This document shows positions 1-9,341 of a DNA stretch of 57,284 bases, piece after piece; position 1 is the first letter of the stretch; every line of letters begins with the position of its first letter. The notes beneath the pieces are model-generated. The model did not search any database. It saw only the letters and a program-made list of their open reading frames with translations, and was not told the origin of the DNA. A program made the translations under genes and the position numbers. Source of the stretch: Candidatus Thorarchaeota archaeon (GTDB taxonomy: Archaea > Asgardarchaeota > Lokiarchaeia > Sigyniarchaeales > SOKP01); the NCBI GenBank assembly GCA_048883105.1, contig JBHLQY010000005.1, positions 1 to 57,284 on the forward strand, written 5' to 3'.

Positions 1-53
1 ATTTTCTTAATTCTTATTTAAATATTATATTAAAAAAAACAGAGTACAAATTT

Positions 54-1361
54 ATGGCTGATTTTAAAATAAAGAAAATTAAATCAAGGTGGATTTTAGA
101 TTCTCGCGGAAATCCTACGGTAGAGACTGATGTGTATACTGAAGATGGTTTTGGAAGAGCGGCAGTACCTTCAGGAGCTTCAACAGGTGTTTTAGAAGCA
201 CTTGAATTAAGAGATGGAGGAAAATCGTTTCTAGGTAAACATGTTACTAAGGCTGTATCTAATGTAAACGAGATAATCGCAAAAAAATTAATAGGATTCG
301 ATGTTATGGATCAAACAAAAATTGACGATGAAATGATCGCCATTGATGGCACCGAAAATAAAAGCAAATTAGGTGCCAATGCGATATTATCTGTTTCGCT
401 TGCTGTTGCAAAATTAGCAGCAAAATTGGTCAATAAACCTTTATTTGCTCATTTATACGAATTAAGCCATGGTAAATCTAGAGAAGATTATCTTTTGCCT
501 CTACCATGTTCTAACGTATTAAATGGAGGTGAACACGCGGGGAATAATTTGGCAATCCAAGAATTCATGATATTACCAATCGGAGCAAAATCTTTTTCTC
601 AGGCTATACAAAATATATCTGAAGTGTATCAGACGCTTAAAAACCTTTTATCTAAAAAATATGGGAAGCCATCCGTTAATGTTGGTGATGAGGGTGGATT
701 TGCCCCAAACTTATCTTTGACTAAAGATGCTATTGATGTTATCATTGACGCAATTGAAGAAGCAGGGTTTTTGATTGGAACCGATTTTGTATTAGGAATG
801 GATGCTGCCGCTAGCGAGTTTTACGGAGATGATAATTATTATCATATTGATGGAAAAAAATTAACGGAGGGAGAGTTATTGCAATATTATTTAGACTTAA
901 TTCACGATTATCCTTTAAACTCAATTGAAGACCCCTTTGAAGAAAAAGCGTTTAGTGGCTTTACACATTTAACTGCAAAAGTTGGGGATTCAATTCAAAT
1001 TGTAGATGATGACATTACGGTTACAAATATTAAAATTCTCGAAAAGGCAATTAAAGAAAAGGCAGGGAATTCCCTGCTACTTAAGGTAAACCAAATAGGA
1101 AGTTTAACAGAAGCGATTAAAGCTGCTAAAATGTCTTTTAAGAATGGATTTAACGTAATGGTTTCACATCGTTCTGGTGAAACCGAGGATCCTTTTATTG
1201 CTGATTTGGCAGTTGGACTCTGCACAGGTCAAATAAAGACAGGAGCACCTTGTAGAAGCGACCGATGCGCAAAATACAATCAAATTCTTAGAATTGAAGA
1301 AATATTAAGAAATAATGCAAAGTATCCAAAAAATTTCGATTCTTGGAAAGGATTTCAGTAA
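54..1361 (+). CDS. eno: Enolase
   Basis: [51 protein letters not shown] motifs. Confidence 0.99.
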   Translation: MADFKIKKIKSRWILDSRGNPTVETDVYTEDGFGRAAVPSGASTGVLEALELRDGGKSFLGKHVTKAVSNVNEIIAKKLIGFDVMDQTKIDDEMIAIDGTENKSKLGANAILSVSLAVAKLAAKLVNKPLFAHLYELSHGKSREDYLLPLPCSNVLNGGEHAGNNLAIQEFMILPIGAKSFSQAIQNISEVYQTLKNLLSKKYGKPSVNVGDEGGFAPNLSLTKDAIDVIIDAIEEAGFLIGTDFVLGMDAAASEFYGDDNYYHIDGKKLTEGELLQYYLDLIHDYPLNSIEDPFEEKAFSGFTHLTAKVGDSIQIVDDDITVTNIKILEKAIKEKAGNSLLLKVNQIGSLTEAIKAAKMSFKNGFNVMVSHRSGETEDPFIADLAVGLCTGQIKTGAPCRSDRCAKYNQILRIEEILRNNAKYPKNFDSWKGFQ

Positions 1362-1373
1362 ATAATAATTATT

Positions 1374-2033
1374 TTAACTATTTTTTTCTATTTTTTTCAA
1401 GTATCTATAAACATTTACATTAACTCTTTTTTTCTTCTGGGTGTGAAACCTAAACGATTTTTCAAGAATCATAATAAACGGTAGAACATTGTCTACTTTC
1501 CAATTAAACTTTTTTATGTATTTAAGAAGAAACTTATGAACATTTTCACTTGCAAGGTGGATAGAGTAAACAACATCTGAAAATGAAAAGGCTTTCTCTA
1601 AAAAGATCCTATCAGCAGTTTTATGCTGAACTCCAAAAGGAGGGTTCATAATTGTTGTTATCTTCAGATTCTTAGGAATTAATAATTTAGAGATTTCAAG
1701 ATACTTAACTTCGGCACATATAGGAAAGATAATTTGTTCAAGGTTGAGATTTTTTATATTTTTTTTTAATATATGTAAAGCTCTCCAATCCTTATCTATA
1801 CTTAAGACGCAACCAGCTTTCAATAAAGCACAAGCTATAGATAATCTACCCGTTCCAGCGCCAAGATCAAAAATTAACTTGTTTTTTATATCATCAAATT
1901 CGAAACCAGCGAAAAATACAAGATCTACAGCACACGTAGCATCTATACTATACTGTTCTAATTCTATTTTTGGCTCAATAAAAGTTTGGGTATTTTGGAG
2001 GATAGAAATTAAATCCTTTTTGTTAATTTTTAT
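1374..2033 (-). CDS. METTL5-family (rRNA m6A) SAM-dependent methyltransferase
   Basis: Frame extends 70 codons upstream of the track ORF, encoding PKIELEQY and DLGAGTG; NPPFG downstream. No ATG/GTG/TTG before the upstream stop, so the likely start is ATA at 2033. Confidence 0.9.
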   Translation of the reverse strand: MKINKKDLISILQNTQTFIEPKIELEQYSIDATCAVDLVFFAGFEFDDIKNKLIFDLGAGTGRLSIACALLKAGCVLSIDKDWRALHILKKNIKNLNLEQIIFPICAEVKYLEISKLLIPKNLKITTIMNPPFGVQHKTADRIFLEKAFSFSDVVYSIHLASENVHKFLLKYIKKFNWKVDNVLPFIMILEKSFRFHTQKKKRVNVNVYRYLKKIEKNS

Positions 2034-2125
2034 ATCCGCTCTATTACAATTAATTATGCATAAATTTATTTATGTTATTTAATAATAATTACTTAAAATA
2101 GAAAGATGTTATCCATAAAAGATTT

Positions 2126-2734
2126 ATGGTAAGAAATGTGAAAAAAACAGCGAAGAATAAAGAGATTGTTGTTACTGGACAATATTTAGGAGTCGTTGAA
2201 GAATTTCTGCCAGATGAGCAATCAACATACATTAAAGAGGGGCAAATTTTTGCCACTAAAACAGGTATGATTTCAATAGACGAAAAAAAAAGAGAGATTG
2301 AGATAAAAACACATCAAGAAAAAGATAGAAAAACTGTAAATGTAGGAGATATTATTATCGGAACCGTTGTTTTTTTGCGTAAATTTTCTATAGGAATTAC
2401 TTTTAATACTATTAATCGAAAAATTCATTTTAATTCTTCTTATATGGGAAATATTCATGTTTCTCAAATATCTAATAGATATATAGAAAAAATTAATGAT
2501 GCTTTTCAAATTACAGATATTATTAGGGCGACTGTGATCAATAAAGACGCTAATGAATATACATTAAGTACTGTAGGTAATCATTTAGGTGTAATACACT
2601 CTGACTGCTCGATCTGTGGTCAAACCCTGAAAAAAATCGGATCTAACAAGTTAAAATGCGGTCTGTGTGGCAATTTTGAAAAAAGAAAACTCGCAAATGA
2701 CTATGGAGATGTAACTCATCACTTGAGGTTATAA
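2126..2734 (+). CDS. csl4: Exosome RNA-binding subunit Csl4
   Basis: N-terminal VVTGQYLGVVEEFLP, S1 domain (IHVSQIS), C-terminal Zn ribbon CSICG..CGLCG..EKRKLA. Confidence 0.95.
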   Translation: MVRNVKKTAKNKEIVVTGQYLGVVEEFLPDEQSTYIKEGQIFATKTGMISIDEKKREIEIKTHQEKDRKTVNVGDIIIGTVVFLRKFSIGITFNTINRKIHFNSSYMGNIHVSQISNRYIEKINDAFQITDIIRATVINKDANEYTLSTVGNHLGVIHSDCSICGQTLKKIGSNKLKCGLCGNFEKRKLANDYGDVTHHLRL

Positions 2735-2801
2735 TTTTTTTAATTTATTATCTAATAATCAACTTATTGTGTTTAAATATTCAAGTAGGTGTTAACAATT
2801 T

Positions 2802-3023
2802 TTGCCTAGAGCCGGAAAAAAAGTCATTCAGTTCTACAACTATAATGGAAATTTGGAAAAAACAGTTAAATTTCTTGAAAATATTCAAAAAAAAGTAAAT
2901 TATATTAATCTAAACGCAACTGTCAATGGCAGAAGCATTAAAATCACATTATATGGCTCAAAAGATCTTCAACACTTGGCGTGTGAAAGATTAAGGGACT
3001 TAGCAGAGATATATCTGTCTTAA
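2802..3023 (+). CDS. Small hypothetical protein (possibly DUF2067-like) between csl4 and rpoL
   Basis: 73-aa ORF, TTG start preceded by AGGTG; position in the csl4-rpoL cluster. Confidence 0.6.
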   Translation: MPRAGKKVIQFYNYNGNLEKTVKFLENIQKKVNYINLNATVNGRSIKITLYGSKDLQHLACERLRDLAEIYLS

Positions 3024-3109
3024 TTGCTTCTAATTTTTTAATTTACCAAAAAACATTTATTTTATTATACATTAAGTTTGACAAGTTCAAATAATTTAGA
3101 GTTGTTATA

Positions 3110-3616
3110 ATGGCTAAGAAAAAGGCTAAAAAAGAACCAGATGAAAATTTAGAAGATGATTTTGGAGATTTAGAAGAGGAGGAACTTGAGATCCTTCTCC
3201 CTAAACTAGTGAAAAAAACACCTAAAGACAAGTCTGATACAGAAGAAACTATTTCAAACGCTTCAGATGTAAGTGAAGATGAATATGAAGATGAGATAGA
3301 ATTTGAACTTGAAGAAAAGCCAGAAATTCCTGATTATAAATATCTCAATCTTAAAATTAATAAAGTTGTTGCGGAAAATGATTACGAAATTGAAGTAATT
3401 GGGCAATCGCACGGATTTTGCAATATTTTTGTTAAACATCTCTTAAATATCGAAGGTGTAAATATCGCAGCGTATAAAATAACAGGATTAGAACCACCAA
3501 AAATTTATATAAGGCTTGAAGATAAGCATAAAATTAAAGATATTTTATATAAAGGAATTGAATCACTAAGGGAAGAAGTTGTAGAAGTGGAAAAACTCTT
3601 CCAAAAACTTATGTAA
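3110..3616 (+). CDS. rpoL: RNA polymerase subunit Rpo11 (RpoL) with acidic N-terminal extension
   Basis: C-terminal ~90 aa match the Rpb11 pattern (EIEVIGQSHGFCN..L..EGV..AAY); downstream of csl4 as in other archaea. Confidence 0.8.
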   Translation: MAKKKAKKEPDENLEDDFGDLEEEELEILLPKLVKKTPKDKSDTEETISNASDVSEDEYEDEIEFELEEKPEIPDYKYLNLKINKVVAENDYEIEVIGQSHGFCNIFVKHLLNIEGVNIAAYKITGLEPPKIYIRLEDKHKIKDILYKGIESLREEVVEVEKLFQKLM

Positions 3617-3671
3617 ACTTAATTACTTTTTTGTAAAAAGTTTTTAAGAAGTTATAATTCTACTTATCATA

Positions 3672-4127
3672 ATGGCTTATGAGTTTTTAATTGGGGATCT
3701 TAATCGAATTAATTCTCAAAAGAGTATTGGAACTGATAAAGGCTTAGCTAAAATAGGAGATGCCATCGTTAATTTAGCATATTCCGTGGCAAAATCAATA
3801 TATTTAACAAAAAAGAGTTTAAATAAAGATAAAATTTTACGTACTGGATTAAAAGTTAGTAAAAGAATTTTATCCAATGCTTTAAAAAACGCCGATATGA
3901 AAAGTTTTGCTAAAAATAGGGCTGACGCTCACGATCTTGCTAACACTGTAGAATCCATAATAGCGTTTATCTGGCTAAGTAATAAGATGTCCATAAATGA
4001 AATTATTGATTTTTTAACCGATAATTTTTCAGGACCTTTAGAAAGTAGGATTGATGAGATACGTAGTGCGACGACGGCCTTTACAAATTTTCTAATTTAT
4101 ACAAGAAAATATTTACCTCAAAATTGA
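3672..4127 (+). CDS. Archaeal ribonuclease III-like (Mini-III-type) protein
   Basis: DKGLAKIGDAIVNL and DLANTVES resemble RNase III signature motifs. Confidence 0.8.
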   Translation: MAYEFLIGDLNRINSQKSIGTDKGLAKIGDAIVNLAYSVAKSIYLTKKSLNKDKILRTGLKVSKRILSNALKNADMKSFAKNRADAHDLANTVESIIAFIWLSNKMSINEIIDFLTDNFSGPLESRIDEIRSATTAFTNFLIYTRKYLPQN

Positions 4128-4130
4128 AAT

Positions 4131-4694
4131 ATGAAAGAATATCCTATAACTATCGGATTTGATGATGCGCCCTTCGCGCTTAAATCGACTTCACAAAATA
4201 TAACTCAGTTAATAGGCGTAATTTGTCAAGGGAAAAGAATGGTTAATGTGGTTAGAAAAGAAATTAAAATCGATGGTCAAGATGCGACTGTAGCTTTAAT
4301 TGAACTCACGAAAAAAAACGAAAATCACGTTCAATATATATTAACTGATACAATAACATTTGGGGGATTTAATATAATTGATTTAAACGAAATTTACAAT
4401 GAAACAAAAAAACCTATAATTGCTATTACCGAAAAAGAAGTTGATCTAGACTCAGTTAATAAGGCTTTAATAAAAAAATTTCCTCATAATTACGAATTAA
4501 AAATTCAAAAAATAATTAATGCAGGAAATTTATATGAGACTGAGATTGAAACTGCCGGGGGTTTATCAAGGATTTATTTTCATTCTAAAGGGATTGAATT
4601 AGATGAAGTAGAATTGTTATTACAAAAAGTGTGCATTGATTCGAAAACTCCCGAGCCTATTCGCCTTGCTCATATAATAGGAAAATTATTTTAA
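4131..4694 (+). CDS. DUF99 family (endonuclease V-like) protein
   Basis: IGFDD, IDGQDAT, ITFGGFNIID, PEPIRLAH motifs. Confidence 0.9.
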   Translation: MKEYPITIGFDDAPFALKSTSQNITQLIGVICQGKRMVNVVRKEIKIDGQDATVALIELTKKNENHVQYILTDTITFGGFNIIDLNEIYNETKKPIIAITEKEVDLDSVNKALIKKFPHNYELKIQKIINAGNLYETEIETAGGLSRIYFHSKGIELDEVELLLQKVCIDSKTPEPIRLAHIIGKLF

Positions 4695-4735
4695 GAATGT
4701 AAAAGAGTACAATTACTTTAGAAAAAAATAAAAAT

Positions 4736-5218
4736 TCATTCTGCACTCATCTCGTATTCTAATATATCGTGCATCCTTTGACGCAAATCAGTACGAATAG
4801 CGCTCATTCCATATGTCTTTACGCCACCTAATTTCTTCTGAACTTCTATTTCACTTAGAACATTTGGAAGATCTTGTTTATTCGCTATGGCAATGATTTT
4901 TGCATTTACTGCATGGCGCGAAAATCTTTCATAGAGCTCTTTACTTTTAGAAACATTCTCTTCTGTTGAATCGGTAACTAACACAGTTAAACCTGCCCCT
5001 CTCAAAAAGTCTTTCCACATAAATTTGAATCTTTTTTGTCCGCCAAAGTCCCATAAAGACACTTTGCCATAATGAGCTAATTTTTCTATTTTAATCTCTA
5101 ATCCAATAGTTGGATCCCTCCCTTTTTTTACCTCCTTACCTTGTAATAGAGTCAATAGTGAAGTTTTTCCCACTCCAGATTCTCCAATAATGCATATCTT
5201 GTTTTTAATATGAATCAT
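4736..5218 (-). CDS. Small Ras-superfamily (Arf/Rab-like) GTPase
   Basis: GESGVGKT, PTIG, WDFGGQ, NKQD, SA motifs; ATG at 5218 (alternative TTG at 5224). Confidence 0.95.
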   Translation of the reverse strand: MIHIKNKICIIGESGVGKTSLLTLLQGKEVKKGRDPTIGLEIKIEKLAHYGKVSLWDFGGQKRFKFMWKDFLRGAGLTVLVTDSTEENVSKSKELYERFSRHAVNAKIIAIANKQDLPNVLSEIEVQKKLGGVKTYGMSAIRTDLRQRMHDILEYEMSAE

Positions 5219-5444
5219 TTTCAATCAAGTCTTCTATTTGAAGATATGTTAATTAGAAAACCCAAATAATACCTCAAAAAATAGAATAATATTTAGATAT
5301 CATAGAGGTGTTATAACTAAATTTAAATAATAAATTTGTTTAAGGTGGAAACTAAAGTTAAAGCTACTAATAAACTAATATAAAAAGACAGCAACCAAAA
5401 AAAATAACGAAAAATAAAAATAATCTAAAAAAAAAATTAATTTC

Positions 5445-6743
5445 TTACGCTCCTGTCTCCAAATCTTTGACAATTCCTACTGCAACAGTTCTCCCCATGT
5501 CGCGTACCGCAAATCGGCCCATTTCAGGAATCTCGGTATATTTTTCAATACACAATTTTTTTATTGGAGTTAAATCTACAATTGCGGCTTCATTTCTCTT
5601 GAGGAACTTAGGATTATCCTCTATAACGGCACCAGTTTTCTGATCTAATTTTTTAACAAGACTGGTAAATTTTGCAGCGACCTGTGCTGTATGAGCGTGA
5701 ATAACAGGAGTATACCCTTGAGCAATAGCAGTTGGATGCCAAATGACAATGATTTGTCCCGTCCATTTTCCATCTGGAGTAATAACTGTAGGTGGGTTGT
5801 CAGGATGTCCTAAACAATCGCCTCTGCCTGCGTCTTTCATGCTAATTCCTCGGATACTGAAACCAACATTATCTCCAGGCTCAGCCTGAGGGATTTCTTC
5901 ATGATGCATTTCAATCGATCTAATTTCGCCTTTAAAACCAGTTGGCATAATAATAATTTTATCTCCCTTCTTTAAAATTCCAGTCTCAACCCTACCAACG
6001 GGAACTACGCCAGTTCCTTTAATTGAATAAGAGTCTTGGATTGGAAGTCTTAAAGGTTTATCGGTTGGTTTTGGAGGAATTTCAAAAACATCAATAGCAT
6101 CAATCAATGTTGGTCCTTTATACCATGGCATTTTATCGCTAGGTTTCGATAAGTTCTCCATGGCAAGACCACTACATGGAACAAATGGGATCTTTTTTAC
6201 TGGAAAACCAATGTTTCTAAGGAGATCGGACACATTATCCACGACTTCATTAAATCTATCTTCTTTATAATCCCAGACGTCAGCTTTATTAACTGCGACT
6301 ACGAGTTGTTTGACCCCTAAAGTCTGCGCGAGATAAGCATGTTCTCTTGTTTGTCCATTTGCAGCAATGCCTACTTCCATTTCCCCTTTTTTACCAGAAA
6401 CGACTAAAATTGCTGCATCCGCTTGCGATGCCCCTGTAATCATATTCTTAACAAAATCAGCGTGACCTGGAGCATCGATAATTGTAAAGTATCGATTTGG
6501 AGTCTCGAATTTTCTAAACGCAAGATCAATTGTAATTCCGCGTTGGCGTTCCTCTTTTAATCTATCGAAAACGAAAGCGTATGACCATGATTCTCGATCA
6601 TATTCTTTTGCGAGTTTTTCAAGCTCTCTTGCTTCTCTATCTGTTACTGCCCCTGTTTCTATAAGTAATGCACCCATCATTGTTGATTTGCCGTGGTCGA
6701 TATGACCTATAATTACTAGATTTAAATGTTGCTTGTCAACCAT
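5445..6743 (-). CDS. tuf: Elongation factor 1-alpha
   Basis: GHIDHGKST, ERQRGITID, DAPGH, NKAD, GRFAVRDMG; start placed at ATG 6743. Confidence 0.99.
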   Translation of the reverse strand: MVDKQHLNLVIIGHIDHGKSTMMGALLIETGAVTDREARELEKLAKEYDRESWSYAFVFDRLKEERQRGITIDLAFRKFETPNRYFTIIDAPGHADFVKNMITGASQADAAILVVSGKKGEMEVGIAANGQTREHAYLAQTLGVKQLVVAVNKADVWDYKEDRFNEVVDNVSDLLRNIGFPVKKIPFVPCSGLAMENLSKPSDKMPWYKGPTLIDAIDVFEIPPKPTDKPLRLPIQDSYSIKGTGVVPVGRVETGILKKGDKIIIMPTGFKGEIRSIEMHHEEIPQAEPGDNVGFSIRGISMKDAGRGDCLGHPDNPPTVITPDGKWTGQIIVIWHPTAIAQGYTPVIHAHTAQVAAKFTSLVKKLDQKTGAVIEDNPKFLKRNEAAIVDLTPIKKLCIEKYTEIPEMGRFAVRDMGRTVAVGIVKDLETGA

Positions 6744-6956
6744 TTTTTCAATCAATTTCCATATTTATTTTAAATATACAATTAATATACTTAATTTTTA
6801 ATACCTAATAATAATATCAATTATTATTTGATAATGAACTTAAATGATCTGGAATTTAAATTCTTTACTATATTGGAAAGATAAAGGATTGTCTAGGGGA
6901 ATAAATAGGAGATTTTGTATTTAATGCATTTTTCTTTTTTTTTTAATTATTTCGTT

Positions 6957-7412
6957 CTAGCTAATTAAATGCAATCCCTTTAAATCATCATATAAATCTT
7001 GCTTATTTTCTCTTAGCAATTGAAATATTTCTTTAATTTCTTTTCTAAAGTTAATTGTTTTACCGCTGTCGGATAATTCTACTATTACTTTATCTTCTAA
7101 AAATTTTTTAAAAACAAGCTCTATATTATTTATATCTATACGAGTTTCTGTAAAATAATCTAATAAATGATGAAGATAATATGCTTTAATATATAGATTC
7201 TCATTGCTAAATTTTTTTTCTTTATCCATTAGGTAAAAATATTTTAGCTGACGATCAATTATTCTCTCATTTTCATTGTAAAAATATTGATCTTCTTTAT
7301 CATACATACTGTAATGAGAGCCATAATCTATGAATCTATTTACGACAATCGCAACTAATTCATCAATTCCAGCTTTTTCACACCATTTTGTGTGTACGAT
7401 CCAATTAGGTAT
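6957..7412 (-). CDS. Hypothetical protein, possible metal-binding hydrolase (PxWxxH...HHLLD)
   Basis: Frame extends 35 codons upstream of the track ORF (PNWIVHTKWCEKAGI...VNRFID); probable ATA start at 7412, two codons after an in-frame TGA. Confidence 0.7.
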   Translation of the reverse strand: MPNWIVHTKWCEKAGIDELVAIVVNRFIDYGSHYSMYDKEDQYFYNENERIIDRQLKYFYLMDKEKKFSNENLYIKAYYLHHLLDYFTETRIDINNIELVFKKFLEDKVIVELSDSGKTINFRKEIKEIFQLLRENKQDLYDDLKGLHLIS

Positions 7413-7576
7413 TTTTAATCACTTGATAAGTATTTAAAATCTATAATATCTTAAAAAAAGACTAAAAATAAATTTTAAGTTAATCAAGATAATAAAGATA
7501 AAAAATTATAGTACTTTATAAAAAATTAAGGAATGTACAAAATTTATTGTAATAAATCTATACAACATAAAAAGTA

Positions 7577-8395
7577 ATGGTTCGTTCAAGAACAAAATTT
7601 CCAAAGGAAGGAGAATTCATAGTCGGAAAAGTGACTGATGTTCATGATCAATATGTTTACGTAGACTTAATAGACTATGAAGGTTTAGATACGGATGACG
7701 TTGCGAGAGGTATGATTCATATTAGCGAAATATCAAGCCGATGGGTAAAAAATATAAGACAGCATGTAAGAGTAGGTCAAAGAGTTGTGTTAAGAGTCCT
7801 GCGTGTGGAACCAACAAAGGGACACATTGATTTATCTTTAAGAAGGGTGAATTCGGCTCAAAGAGAAGTTCGAATGAAGGAATGGAAATATGCCTTAAAA
7901 TTCGAAAATTTATTACAATTTCTAGTCGATGCTAAGAATTTAAGTTTTGATTATGCTTACGAGCTAATTGGATTTCCCATATTAGATAGATATGATTCTT
8001 ATCAAGAAACTATTGAAGAACTTAAAGAAAATGGACAAAATATCTTAAAGGATATAGAAAATATTCCTGAAGATGTTAAAAAAGCTTTCTTACAGATAAT
8101 TAATGAGAATATTAAAATATCAACCATTAATATTGTTGGAAAAATTCAACTTTCTTATAATGACGAAAATGGAATAGATCTAATTAAAGAATCTTTAATT
8201 GAAGCCAAAAATATTATAAAAAATCCAAAAGAAACTAGAAATTTAAGCATTAGTTATATCGCAGCCCCATATTATCGTCTCGAAATCATCTCGAAGGATT
8301 ATCTAGATGCCGAAAACATACTTTCCGAGGTTTTAGAGGTTATTGAAGCTAAAGTGAATAAATTTAATGGTACATTCAATTTTATTCGAGACTAA
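7577..8395 (+). CDS. eif2a: Translation initiation factor 2 alpha subunit
   Basis: S1 domain IHISEIS..WVKNIR, KGHIDLSLRRV, YIAAPYYR; adjacent to nop10. Confidence 0.98.
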   Translation: MVRSRTKFPKEGEFIVGKVTDVHDQYVYVDLIDYEGLDTDDVARGMIHISEISSRWVKNIRQHVRVGQRVVLRVLRVEPTKGHIDLSLRRVNSAQREVRMKEWKYALKFENLLQFLVDAKNLSFDYAYELIGFPILDRYDSYQETIEELKENGQNILKDIENIPEDVKKAFLQIINENIKISTINIVGKIQLSYNDENGIDLIKESLIEAKNIIKNPKETRNLSISYIAAPYYRLEIISKDYLDAENILSEVLEVIEAKVNKFNGTFNFIRD

Positions 8396-8420
8396 ATAAT
8401 TTCTCTTTAATTTTTATAAA

Positions 8421-8606
8421 ATGACAAAATACCTTCAAAAATGTAAGAATTGTAGTAAATATGGATTAACTAATCCAGATTTAAAATGTAGATACTGTGG
8501 AGGTGAATTGATAAATCCAAAGCCACCAAAATTTTCATTAATCGATAAATATGGAAAATATCGATTAAAATATTTTAAAGAAGAATTCAAGAAAAAAATC
8601 AACTAG
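8421..8606 (+). CDS. nop10: H/ACA RNP protein Nop10
   Basis: CxxC..CxxC plus PPKFSLIDKYGKYR. Confidence 0.93.
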   Translation: MTKYLQKCKNCSKYGLTNPDLKCRYCGGELINPKPPKFSLIDKYGKYRLKYFKEEFKKKIN

Positions 8607-9282
8607 GTTCGATTTTTTCAGCAAATTTTTCATTGAGAAGTATTTTCGCGTTTTTTGAAGGCATACAAGCAATATCTTCTTTTTGGAATGGCCCATAATT
8701 AATGAGGTCAATACCAACTAAAGGAGGAGTTTTCTTTAAAAATCTGATTAAAACATAATCGAAATCATTACCTTTGGTTTTCAAATATTTTTTAATATCT
8801 TCAATATCACTTATTTTGTAAGATTCATCATCTTTACTAGTTTCTATTTTTCCATTTTCCTTCAATTGAAACATACTTTTAATTTCTTCTTCTTTCACTT
8901 CTTCGTAAATCGACATAGCTTTAACTTTTTTATATCCTTTAATATCGCTTACTACATTTCGATAAAATAATTTCTCAGCTTGTAAAAGATTGTCAAGATT
9001 AATTTCTTGTAAAGCTAACGCAGAATTTATAATTTTTATTTCGCGAATCTTTAAAAAGTCGTTAAATAGGAATTTAAAATTTTCTCGATAAGAGGCTATT
9101 ATCTGGGATTTTATTTTTTTATTTTCTCCGTAATCTTCTTCATTTAATAATTGATCATTAAGAATTTGAAAATTTCTTTTAAATTCGGTAAATAATTCTT
9201 TAGTTAGATGAGTTAAATCTTTATTCTTAAATTCCTTAAGCCAATATTGATATAGCTTCTCGTATTCGTTTTTAATATCCAT
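8599..9282 (-). CDS. gins: GINS subunit (Gins51/Gins15 type)
   Basis: A domain (REIKII..L..AEK..Y) and B domain (IRFLK..P.LVGIDL..YGPF..ED); follows priS; start at ATG 9282 (alternative 9312). Confidence 0.9.
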   Translation of the reverse strand: MDIKNEYEKLYQYWLKEFKNKDLTHLTKELFTEFKRNFQILNDQLLNEEDYGENKKIKSQIIASYRENFKFLFNDFLKIREIKIINSALALQEINLDNLLQAEKLFYRNVVSDIKGYKKVKAMSIYEEVKEEEIKSMFQLKENGKIETSKDDESYKISDIEDIKKYLKTKGNDFDYVLIRFLKKTPPLVGIDLINYGPFQKEDIACMPSKNAKILLNEKFAEKIEPS

Positions 9283-9341
9283 AAATAGAGAAAATTTATT
9301 TTTATTATGCATAAGAGGTATAGAATAAATTTATTATTAAC

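Noticed and set aside
1744-2082. 112-aa + strand ORF
   Set aside because: Antisense shadow of the extended METTL5 gene.
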